Shown here: piece by piece, positions 1 to 8,375 of the stretch | Position numbering within the stretch: position 1 is the first letter of the stretch | How the letters are laid out: every line of letters starts with the position of its first letter | IMG/VR virus record: IMGVR_UViG_3300009495_000075 | Span: 1 to 24,249 of that record | DNA length: 24,249 nucleotides | DNA from: a virus | Lineage: Duplodnaviria; Caudoviricetes | Reading direction: 5' to 3' (one strand) | Made by a program: the position numbers and the translations under genes | The notes under the pieces: model-generated | Seen by the model: only the letters and a program-made list of their open reading frames with translations | What the model was told of the DNA's origin: nothing | Databases searched by the model: none

Positions 1-33
1 GGTTGGACGATAACAGATGGTGGTGGAATATAA
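1..33 (+). CDS. 3' end of upstream gene, possibly BspA/DUF285-like repeat protein (partial)
   Basis: Reads GWTITDGGGI* from base 1; WTITDGG resembles the motif closing DUF285/BspA-type repeat domains in Flavobacteria. Only 10 codons visible. Confidence 0.45.
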   Translation, partial: GWTITDGGGI

Positions 34-43
34 ATAAATAAAA

Positions 44-199
44 ATGGAACAAACTGATTTAAAAATATACTTATTTAATACAATAGCTTTTTTTACCTCT
101 TTTGCAAATGTAGAAATGTGGTTACAAATAATTTTATTAATAACTACTATTATATATACAATTCAAAGAATAATAAAAAATGATAAAAAAGATAAGTAA
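44..199 (+). CDS. Small membrane protein, putative holin/antiholin (51 aa; absent from ORF track)
   Basis: Hand translation MEQTDLKIYLFNTIAFFTSFANVEMWLQIILLITTIIYTIQRIIKNDKKDK*: two hydrophobic stretches, charged C-terminus, A-rich leader, overlaps endolysin start by 20 nt. Confidence 0.7.
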   Translation: MEQTDLKIYLFNTIAFFTSFANVEMWLQIILLITTIIYTIQRIIKNDKKDK

Positions 200-668
200 A
201 CACATATCAGAGAAAGAGGCTACAAAATCTATTACCGCATTAAGACTAGGCATAGCTAACACACCAAATGGTACAGCGCTAGCTAACATGAAAATTCTTG
301 CCGAAAAAATATTTGAGCCACTTAGAAAATGGGTTGATGGTCCAATAAAGATTAATTCTTTTTATAGATCAGAGGCACTTAATAAAGCTATTGGTGGTGC
401 ATCTAAAAATGGTAAACAAACAAGCCAGCATTGTTATGGTCAAGCTATGGATATAGATGATATATATGGTCATAAAACAAACAAAGAAATGTTTAATTTT
501 ATAAAAGAAAAATTAGACTTCGATCAACTCATCTACGAATTTGGAAACGAAGAAAACCCAGATTGGGTTCATGTATCGTATGTTAACAAAGATGATAACA
601 GGAACAGGATATTAAAAGCTGTAAGAGATAAAGGAAAAACAATATATATAGATATAACAAATGGGTAA
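180..668 (+). CDS. Endolysin, peptidase M15 family Zn metallopeptidase
   Basis: Motifs INSFYRS..LN..IGG, SQHCYGQAMDI (SxHxxGxAxD), DQLIYE and WVHVSY; flanked by membrane proteins. Confidence 0.9.
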   Translation: MIKKISKHISEKEATKSITALRLGIANTPNGTALANMKILAEKIFEPLRKWVDGPIKINSFYRSEALNKAIGGASKNGKQTSQHCYGQAMDIDDIYGHKTNKEMFNFIKEKLDFDQLIYEFGNEENPDWVHVSYVNKDDNRNRILKAVRDKGKTIYIDITNG

Positions 669-701
669 TAAAAGTGTAGAAAAAAAATCAGTTTACATAA
701 T

Positions 702-1001
702 ATGTCAGAGCCGTTAAAAGAAACTTCGCAAATTCAGTTAGACATAAAAACATTAATAGGAATAGTTTTTGGAATAGTGTCTATTGCAGGCATATGGTTT
801 AATCTTACGGCTGAAATTGCAAAACTTGATAGAGACGTTTCTAGATTACAATACAATCAAACATTAAATGATGAGTTTAGAATAAAATGGCCAAGAGGTG
901 AGATGGGGGCTTTGCCTGACGATGCTAAACAAGATTTAAGAATTGAGTATATGGAAAAAGAACTAGAAGAAATATATGTAATATTAAAAGAATTAAAATG
1001 A
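702..1001 (+). CDS. Single-TM protein with coiled-coil tail, lysis-associated hypothetical
   Basis: Hydrophobic TLIGIVFGIVSIAGIWF followed by heptad-like segments; between endolysin and holin; ATGA overlap with next gene. Confidence 0.6.
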   Translation: MSEPLKETSQIQLDIKTLIGIVFGIVSIAGIWFNLTAEIAKLDRDVSRLQYNQTLNDEFRIKWPRGEMGALPDDAKQDLRIEYMEKELEEIYVILKELK

Positions 1002-1396
1002 AAAATATTTTAGCAAAACTATTTGGAGGTGTTGGTGCGGATATTGCAGGAAAAATATCTGGCATCATAGATAAACATACTTTTTCAAAAGAAGAGCGTG
1101 CAAAGTTAAAACAAGAAATGGATAAGGTCTTTATTGATGCAGAGGCTGATATGCAAAAAAATGTTACAGAAAGGTGGAAGGTAGATTTGCAACATGGAAA
1201 CTGGTTAACTAAATCAGTACGCCCACTTACCCTTATATTTTTAGTTGTTTCTACTGTTATAATGGTTTTTATAGATAGTGGATTTATTGCTTTTGAAGTT
1301 GAAGAAAAATGGACAGAGCTTTTACAGCTTGTTTTAATAACAGTGATTGGAGCTTATTTCGGAGGAAGGTCGATTGAAAAAGTAAAAAAAAGATAA
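998..1396 (+). CDS. 3TM-type holin (GTA_holin_3TM-like)
   Basis: RW.xD...WLTKSVRP before TM1, second TM ending AYFGGRSIEK, basic C-terminus. Confidence 0.85.
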   Translation: MKNILAKLFGGVGADIAGKISGIIDKHTFSKEERAKLKQEMDKVFIDAEADMQKNVTERWKVDLQHGNWLTKSVRPLTLIFLVVSTVIMVFIDSGFIAFEVEEKWTELLQLVLITVIGAYFGGRSIEKVKKR

Positions 1397-1429
1397 AAAA
1401 CTTTACAAAAAATTCTCTTAAAAATAAAT

Positions 1430-1437
1430 TATATTTG
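1430..1437 (+). promoter_or_regulatory. Bacteroidota housekeeping sigma -7 box (TATATTTG)
   Basis: Matches TAnnTTTG, intergenic, 19 nt before ATG 1457. Confidence 0.65.
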
Positions 1438-1456
1438 TTAAATTAAATTTAATTAA

Positions 1457-1690
1457 ATGAATGATATAAGAAAAATATCAATTGGACAAGATTATAAAAA
1501 CAATGCAATGCATTATATTGTTAATCAAGAGGTATTAAATGGTCACTACACAATTTATTTAATTAAAAAAATTCAATCTACTGATTCTATAAAAATATAC
1601 ATAGAAAATAAAGAAAATGAAATTTTTCTTTGGAAAGAATTTAATAATAATATGCCTGTTTCAATTGAATATAATTTATTTTTTAAATGA
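1457..1690 (+). CDS. Hypothetical phage protein (77 aa)
   Basis: Follows promoter box and pentamer leader; ATGA-coupled to next gene. Confidence 0.8.
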   Translation: MNDIRKISIGQDYKNNAMHYIVNQEVLNGHYTIYLIKKIQSTDSIKIYIENKENEIFLWKEFNNNMPVSIEYNLFFK

Positions 1691-2250
1691 AATCACCTTT
1701 TTATTTTATAGTAAAACCCAAAAATGGGGCAAGATATGATAGTATAAAAAAAATAGGAGATGTTAATTTTATAACTAGCACTTCAAAAGAAGATTTTAAA
1801 TCTTCAAATAGATATGCTAAAGTTGTTGAAACTCCAATTAATTATACAGGACCTATTGAAATAGGAGATACACTTTTAGTGCATCATAATGTTTTTAAAT
1901 ATTATAACGATATAAAAGGAAAAGAAAGAAGTGGTAAAAGCTTTTTTAAAGATGATTTGTTTTTTATTGATAATGATCAATTTTTTATGTACAAAAAAAA
2001 TAATAAATGGAAAGCTCATTCTAAATATTGTATGGTAAAACCTATTGAAAAACAAAATTATTATATTAAAACAAATCAAAATGAAGAACCTTTAAAAGGT
2101 ATAATTAAATATCCAAATGAATATTTAATTAAAAAAGGCGTAAAAAAAGGAGATTTAATTTCTTTTAAACCTGATAGTGAATATGAATTTAATGTAGATG
2201 GAGAAAAACTTTACAGAATGTTTGATAAACATATAACTTTAGTATTATGA
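1687..2250 (+). CDS. Co-chaperonin GroES-like protein, two tandem domains
   Basis: Twice repeated pattern: FIVKP...AKVV...IEIGDTLL and CMVKP...GIIK...VKKGDLISF...EFNVDGEKLYRM, resembling Cpn10 strands. Confidence 0.7.
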   Translation: MKSPFYFIVKPKNGARYDSIKKIGDVNFITSTSKEDFKSSNRYAKVVETPINYTGPIEIGDTLLVHHNVFKYYNDIKGKERSGKSFFKDDLFFIDNDQFFMYKKNNKWKAHSKYCMVKPIEKQNYYIKTNQNEEPLKGIIKYPNEYLIKKGVKKGDLISFKPDSEYEFNVDGEKLYRMFDKHITLVL

Positions 2251-2525
2251 ATGTAAATCAAATAAAATTAGATATTATTGTAGCTGGTGAAAAAGCAGTC
2301 AAACAATTAATTAAAGTTGCTGAAGAACAAATAATTAAATATGGTGAAGACGATGAGCTTGCAGCAGATAAATTAAAAAATGCAGCAGCAACAAAAAAAT
2401 TAGCAATATTTGATGCCTTTGAAATATTGACAAGAATAGAGTTAGAAAAAAATTTAATTGAAGGTAATGATTCCACAACAGTAAAAAAATCAGTAGAAGG
2501 ATTTGCAGAAAGAAGATCAAAATAG
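2247..2525 (+). CDS. Small helical protein, candidate terminase small subunit
   Basis: 92 aa helical-looking ORF directly upstream of and overlapping TerL; function inferred from position only. Confidence 0.5.
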   Translation: MNVNQIKLDIIVAGEKAVKQLIKVAEEQIIKYGEDDELAADKLKNAAATKKLAIFDAFEILTRIELEKNLIEGNDSTTVKKSVEGFAERRSK

Positions 2526-4749
2526 TTTATGCAAAAGTTTAAAAAACTTTGTGCCAAAAACAGTCATAACAAATAAGAACAAGGCTAGGTCTTGGAAATA
2601 TGGATATGATGCTAAATATGATTTTGTTGTTATTTCTAAAAATGGTGAAATTGAAGATATTATAGAAATAGAAGGTTTAAAGATTGCGCTACCTAAGCCG
2701 CCAAAAGAAATTTATTCAAGAAATAAAAACATTAAAGAACAGTATTGGGAATCTTTTCAGTATCCTAAAAAATTACAAAAAATACAATCTATATTTCAAT
2801 GGCACGCTACTCCTTCAAATTTCAAAAATGAATGGGTAGATTATATTGAAGAAGAATTTGACAGAAGAGATGAAGGTTTTTGGTTTATGAATAATGGTGT
2901 TCCTACATATATAACTGGATCTCATTATATGTATCTTCAATGGACAAAAATTGATGTTGGTTTACCAGATTACAGAGATGCAAATAGAGTTTTCTACTTA
3001 CATTGGGAAGCTTGTAAAGCAGATAAAAGATGTTTTGGTCAAGATTATTTAAAAATAAGACGATCAGGATTTTCATATATGGCAAGTGAAGAGTCTGCCA
3101 ATATTGGAACTATTAGCAAAGATGCGAGATTGGGTATATTATCTAAAACAGGAGCAGATGCCAAAAAAATGTTTACAGACAAAGTTGTTCCTATAGTTAG
3201 GAATTATCCTTTTTTCTTTAAACCTGTTCAAGATGGTATGGATAAACCAAAAACAGAATTAGCATTTAGAGTTCCTGCTTCAAAAATTACTAAAAAAAAT
3301 ATGTATATAGAAGAAGAAGATCTTGTTGAAGGATTAGATACTTCTATTGACTGGAGAAACACAGGAGACAATAGTTATGATGGAGAAAAATTAAAACTTC
3401 TTGTACATGATGAATCTAAAAAATGGGAAAAACCTAATAATATTTTAAATAACTGGAGAGTTACAAAAACTTGTTTACGTTTAGGAAGTAAAGTTATTGG
3501 GAAATGCATGATGGGTTCTACAGCAAATGCTTTAGAAAAAGGAGGGGAAAATGGAAAAAAATTATTTTATGATTCAAAAGTTGAAAAAAGAAATGCAAAT
3601 GGTCAAACTAAAAGCGGACTATATTCACTTTTCATCCCAATGGAATATAACATGGAAGGGTTTATAGATATCTATGGAATGCCTGTTTTAAGAACACCAA
3701 CCAAACCAATATTAGGTATAGACAACGAAATGATTACTCAAGGAGCAATAGATTATTGGGAGGCAGAAGTAGATAGTTTAAAAAATGATGCCGATGCTTT
3801 AAATGAATTTTATCGTCAATTTCCTAGAACTGAGTCTCATGCATTCAGAGATGAAAGTAAACAATCCTTATTTAATTTAACAAAAATATATCAACAAATA
3901 GATTATAATGATTCTTTGATTAAGGATAGATTTATAACTCGTGGTTCATTTTCTTGGAAAAATGGAATAAAAGATACTGAGGTTGTTTTTTCTCCAAATA
4001 ATTCAGGAAGGTTTTATGTTTCTTGGACACCTAATAAAACCTTGCAAAATAAAAAATATTCAAAAAACGGAATTTATTATCCTGGTAATGAACACATGGG
4101 ATCTTTTGGATGTGATAGTTATGATATTTCAGGAACTGTTGGTGGAGGTGGCTCAAACGGAGCTTTACATGGAATGACCAAATACCATATGGATGAAGGG
4201 CCTGTAAACGAGTTTTTTTTAGAATATGTAGCTAGACCTCAAACAGCTGAGATATTTTTTGAAGATGTGCTTATGGCTTGTGTTTTTTATGGGATGCCTA
4301 TTCTTATAGAAAACAATAAACCAAGATTATTGTATTATTTTAAAAATAGAGGATATAGAGGCTATTCTATGAATAGACCTGATCGTTCATTTAATAAACT
4401 TTCTAAAAGCGAAAAAGAATTAGGAGGTATTCCAAATTCAAGCGAAGATATTAAACAAGCTCATGCGGCCGCAATAGAATCTTATATAGAAAAATATGTT
4501 GGGTTAGATTTATTAGGCACTTTTAGGGAGATTGATTTAATGGGAACAATGTATTTTACAAGAACATTGGAGGATTGGGCTAGATTTAATATAAACAATA
4601 GAACTAAATTTGATGCATCAATAAGTTCAGGTTTAGCTATAATGGCAAATCAAAAATCATTATATCATCCCGTTAAAAAAAAATCAAAAATAAAACTTAA
4701 CTTTGCTAAATATGATAATAAGGGGAGTTATAGCCAAATCTTAAGATAA
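2503..4749 (+). CDS. terL: Terminase large subunit
   Basis: Walker A-like LKIRRSGFS, Walker B LLVHDE, coupling motif GSTAN, nuclease-domain FGCDSYD and ILIENN; 748 aa; precedes portal. TTG start uncertain. Confidence 0.92.
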   Translation: MQKEDQNSLCKSLKNFVPKTVITNKNKARSWKYGYDAKYDFVVISKNGEIEDIIEIEGLKIALPKPPKEIYSRNKNIKEQYWESFQYPKKLQKIQSIFQWHATPSNFKNEWVDYIEEEFDRRDEGFWFMNNGVPTYITGSHYMYLQWTKIDVGLPDYRDANRVFYLHWEACKADKRCFGQDYLKIRRSGFSYMASEESANIGTISKDARLGILSKTGADAKKMFTDKVVPIVRNYPFFFKPVQDGMDKPKTELAFRVPASKITKKNMYIEEEDLVEGLDTSIDWRNTGDNSYDGEKLKLLVHDESKKWEKPNNILNNWRVTKTCLRLGSKVIGKCMMGSTANALEKGGENGKKLFYDSKVEKRNANGQTKSGLYSLFIPMEYNMEGFIDIYGMPVLRTPTKPILGIDNEMITQGAIDYWEAEVDSLKNDADALNEFYRQFPRTESHAFRDESKQSLFNLTKIYQQIDYNDSLIKDRFITRGSFSWKNGIKDTEVVFSPNNSGRFYVSWTPNKTLQNKKYSKNGIYYPGNEHMGSFGCDSYDISGTVGGGGSNGALHGMTKYHMDEGPVNEFFLEYVARPQTAEIFFEDVLMACVFYGMPILIENNKPRLLYYFKNRGYRGYSMNRPDRSFNKLSKSEKELGGIPNSSEDIKQAHAAAIESYIEKYVGLDLLGTFREIDLMGTMYFTRTLEDWARFNINNRTKFDASISSGLAIMANQKSLYHPVKKKSKIKLNFAKYDNKGSYSQILR
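4698..4705 (+). promoter_or_regulatory. -7 box TAACTTTG inside terL 3' end, candidate portal promoter
   Basis: Matches TAnnTTTG, 44 nt upstream of portal ATG. Confidence 0.5.
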
Positions 4750-7185
4750 ATGGAAGACGTAAAAATAAATATAAACCCTACTGCATTTCCAAGTCAATTT
4801 GTTTCTGATGCAGAAAAAAAATCTTACGAATTTGGGTTACAGATAGGTCAAGCAATTCAATACGAATGGTTTCGAAAAGATGGAGGTCAAAGTAGATTTT
4901 ATAATCAATGGGCTGATTTCCACAGGCTTCGTTTATATGCTCGTGGTGAGCAATCAATACAAAAATATAAAAATGAATTAGCTATTGACGGAGATTTAAG
5001 TTATTTAAATCTTGATTGGACTCCAGTTCCTATTATACCAAAGTTTGTTGATATAGTGGTAAACGGCATGGCTGATAGAATATTTAAAGTAAATGCTTAT
5101 GCTCAAGACGGAATGTCTTTAGATAAAAGAAGTAAATATCAAGTAAATTTAGAAAAAGATATGCTTGCTAAGAATGTAATGAAGCAAGTACAAAATGATT
5201 TTGGCATTAATACTTTTGCAACATCTGAAGAAGAAATTCCAAATAGTTCAGAAGAGCTTGCATTACATATGCAATTAAAATATAAACCTTCCATTGAAAT
5301 AGCAGAGGAAGAAGCTATAAATACAGTTTTAGCAGAGAATAGATATTATGAATTACAAAAACAAATCTATTACGATCAAACTGTCTTGGGAATTTCTATT
5401 TGTAAAAATACATTTCAACCTGGGGCAGGCATAAAAATTGAATATGTTGATCCAGCTAGTGTTGTATATAGTTATACAGAAAATCCTCATTTTCAAGATT
5501 GTTTTTATTGGGGAGAAATTAAAACACTACCAATAACAGAATTAAAAAAAATTGATCCAAGTCTTACTAACGAAGATATGGATGAAATATCTAACTACAG
5601 TCAAAGTTGGTATGATTATAATAATACAGCTCAATATTATAACAACAGCTTGTTTAGTAAAGATAGTGCTACTGTTTTATTTTTTAATTATAAAACAACT
5701 CAAACATTTACATATAAAAAGAAAATAAATGCTTCAGGTGGAGAAAGGTTAATAGAAAAAGAGGATACATTTAACCCTAGTCCTGAAATGATGGAAGAAG
5801 GTAATTTTAAAAAAATCTCTAAAACTATAGACGTTTGGTACGAAGGTGTTATGGTTATGGGAACGAATATTATTTTAAAATGGGAAATGTCAGAAAACAT
5901 GGCTAGACCTCAATCTGCATCTCAAGAAGTTTATCCTGAATATGTAGCTTGTGCGCCAAGAATGTATAAAGGTGTGTTAGAGTCTTTAGTAAGACGTATG
6001 ATTACGTTTGCTGATTTAATTCAAATAACACATTTAAAATTACAACAAGTAATTTCAAGAGTAGTTCCTGATGGTGTGTTTATAGATGCAGATGGATTAA
6101 ATGAAGTAGATTTAGGAACAGGACAAGCTTACAATCCTGAAGACGCACTTAGAATGTATTTTCAAACAGGTAGTGTTATTGGAAGAAGTTACACTCAAGA
6201 CGGAGATTTTAATCAAGCAAAAGTTCCTATTGAGCAATTAAATAGTAATTCAGGACAAGCAAAAATTCAAAGTCTTATAGGAAGTTATAATCATTATCTT
6301 TCTATGATAAGAGATGTAACAGGTCTTAACGAAGCAAGAGATGGTTCTACTCCAGATTCTTATTCATTAGTAGGTCTTCAAAAATTAGCAGCATTAAGTA
6401 GCAATACAGCAACTAGACACATATTAGATGCTGGGTTGCAAATGAGTCAAAGATTATGTACTGCTTTATCTAGTAGAATAGCTGATATGTTGCAATATTC
6501 TGATTTTAGAGAAGAATTTGTAAATCAAATAGGAAAATATAATGTAGGAATTTTAGAAGAAATAAGTGAATTGTATTTAAGTGATTTTGGAATATTTATT
6601 GAAATTGAACCTGATGAAGAACAACAGAGAATGTTAGAACAAAATATTCAAATGGCTCTTCAAAGAGATTCTATTAATTTAGAAGATGCAATTGATATAA
6701 GAGAAATAAGAAATATAAAATTAGCTAATCAAGTTTTAAAATTAAAAAGAAGATCTAAGCAAGATTTAGAAGAACAACAAAAAGCAGCAGTAGCTCAACA
6801 ACAAGCTCAAATAAATATGCAATCTCAACAAATGGCTGCACAAACAGCTATGCAAAAAGTTGAAATGGAAACTCAATCTTCAATAAAAATAGAAGAGGCA
6901 AAAGCTCAATACTCAATACAAAAAATGCAAGGTGAAGCTGCAATTAAAAAACAACTAATGGATCATGAGTTTGGATTACAAATGAGTTTAAAAGGAGTTG
7001 AACAAAAAGGATTAGAAGATAGAGAGTCTCAAAGAGAAAAAGCAAAAGCTAATAGAATATCTCAAGCTAACACAGAGCAATCAAAATTAATACAACAAAG
7101 AAAAAATAACTTGCCTCCTGTAAGTTTTGAGTCAAATGAAGATACGTTGGATGGATTTGATTTAGCTGAATTTGAGCCTAGATAA
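4750..7185 (+). CDS. Portal protein
   Basis: 811 aa, directly after TerL; PIIPKFVDIVVNG, GLNEARDG and long Gln-rich coiled-coil C-terminus as in large podovirus-type portals. Confidence 0.88.
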   Translation: MEDVKININPTAFPSQFVSDAEKKSYEFGLQIGQAIQYEWFRKDGGQSRFYNQWADFHRLRLYARGEQSIQKYKNELAIDGDLSYLNLDWTPVPIIPKFVDIVVNGMADRIFKVNAYAQDGMSLDKRSKYQVNLEKDMLAKNVMKQVQNDFGINTFATSEEEIPNSSEELALHMQLKYKPSIEIAEEEAINTVLAENRYYELQKQIYYDQTVLGISICKNTFQPGAGIKIEYVDPASVVYSYTENPHFQDCFYWGEIKTLPITELKKIDPSLTNEDMDEISNYSQSWYDYNNTAQYYNNSLFSKDSATVLFFNYKTTQTFTYKKKINASGGERLIEKEDTFNPSPEMMEEGNFKKISKTIDVWYEGVMVMGTNIILKWEMSENMARPQSASQEVYPEYVACAPRMYKGVLESLVRRMITFADLIQITHLKLQQVISRVVPDGVFIDADGLNEVDLGTGQAYNPEDALRMYFQTGSVIGRSYTQDGDFNQAKVPIEQLNSNSGQAKIQSLIGSYNHYLSMIRDVTGLNEARDGSTPDSYSLVGLQKLAALSSNTATRHILDAGLQMSQRLCTALSSRIADMLQYSDFREEFVNQIGKYNVGILEEISELYLSDFGIFIEIEPDEEQQRMLEQNIQMALQRDSINLEDAIDIREIRNIKLANQVLKLKRRSKQDLEEQQKAAVAQQQAQINMQSQQMAAQTAMQKVEMETQSSIKIEEAKAQYSIQKMQGEAAIKKQLMDHEFGLQMSLKGVEQKGLEDRESQREKAKANRISQANTEQSKLIQQRKNNLPPVSFESNEDTLDGFDLAEFEPR

Positions 7186-7192
7186 TCCTTAA

Positions 7193-7242
7193 AAATTAAA
7201 TTAAATTAAATACTAACTTTGTAAATAAAATCAAATCAAATG
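7193..7242 (+). promoter_or_regulatory. -7 box TAACTTTG (7214-7221) within in-phase AAATN pentamers
   Basis: AAATT x3, AAATA, 10-nt promoter block, AAATA AAATC AAATC AAATG (start codon). Confidence 0.7.
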
Positions 7243-8349
7243 GAAATTAAAGTATCTGAGGTAAAACCTTTAGACCAAAAGTCAGTTCAAGAAGTGGAAA
7301 AAACGCTTTTAGACAAGCATGATCAAGAATTAAATGAGCAATCACAAGAAGTTGAATCAGAGAAAGTTGAATCAACAAATAAAGAACCTCTTGTAGTAGA
7401 GGAAACAGAAGTTGATCGTCCAACTATAAAAGACGAAGACGTTCTTTCATATATTAAGAATAGATACAATAAAGAAATATCATCGGTAGATGAGTTATTT
7501 AATGAAAAAGAAAATAACGAATCATTGCCTGAAGATGTTTCTAAATATTTAGAATTTAAAAAAACAACTGGTCGAGGGTTTGACGATTTCGTAAAAGCAA
7601 ATAAGAATTTCGATAAATTAAATGACGATCAGTTATTAGCAGAATATTATTCTTTAACAGAAGAAGATTTAGATAGTGAAGATATTTATTATTTAATGGA
7701 TTCAAAATTCGGAATTGATGAAGATATTGATGATGAAAAAGATGTTAAAAAGAAAAGTATAGCTAAAAAACGAGAACTTTCTAAGGCAAAAAAATATCTT
7801 AATGATTTTAAAGATAAATACAGCATTCCTCTTGAGTCAAGCGGGAATTCTTTATCTAATAAAAATCAAGAAGAAATTGATGCTTATAAAAAGTACATTC
7901 AAGAATCTAAAACTATTCAAGAAGCTAATCAAAAAAAGAATGAGTATTTTAAACAGAAGACAAATGAAGTTTTTAACTCTGAGTTCAAAGGTTTTGAGTT
8001 CAATGTAGGAGATAAAAAAATCGGATATTCTTATGGGGATGCTCAAGAAATGAAAGCTAAACAATTAAATCTAGACACTTTTATAAGTAAATATGTTGGA
8101 GACGATGGTTTAATTTCAGATGCTAAAGGGTGGCATAAAGCAATTAGTGCCGCTATAGATCCTAATCGTTTTGCTCAGTATTTTTATGAGCAAGGTAAAT
8201 CAGATGCTGTTGGTGATATTTCTAAAAAAAGTAAAAATATAAATATGGATATTAGAAAATCTCCTCAAGCAATTGGTAGTGATGGGTTTAAAGTTAAGTC
8301 GGTTAACAAGGATAGTGGTAGAGGATTGAGAATAAGAAGTAAAAAATAA
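7240..8349 (+). CDS. Acidic scaffold/head assembly protein
   Basis: Very D/E/K-rich, helical, between portal and capsid; FYEQGKSDA near C-terminus. Confidence 0.7.
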   Translation: MEIKVSEVKPLDQKSVQEVEKTLLDKHDQELNEQSQEVESEKVESTNKEPLVVEETEVDRPTIKDEDVLSYIKNRYNKEISSVDELFNEKENNESLPEDVSKYLEFKKTTGRGFDDFVKANKNFDKLNDDQLLAEYYSLTEEDLDSEDIYYLMDSKFGIDEDIDDEKDVKKKSIAKKRELSKAKKYLNDFKDKYSIPLESSGNSLSNKNQEEIDAYKKYIQESKTIQEANQKKNEYFKQKTNEVFNSEFKGFEFNVGDKKIGYSYGDAQEMKAKQLNLDTFISKYVGDDGLISDAKGWHKAISAAIDPNRFAQYFYEQGKSDAVGDISKKSKNINMDIRKSPQAIGSDGFKVKSVNKDSGRGLRIRSKK

Positions 8350-8375
8350 ATTAAAAAATTAAAAAAATTAAAATT

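Noticed and set aside
4747-4752. In-frame TAA-ATG junction terL/portal (also 11401-11409) as read-through fusion
   Set aside because: TAA is rarely read through; tight packing explains it.
7802-8008. +1 frame ORF within scaffold gene (also 2903-3085 and 3983-4177 within terL)
   Set aside because: K/L/I/M-rich composition expected from off-frame reading of AT-rich codons; no supporting signals.
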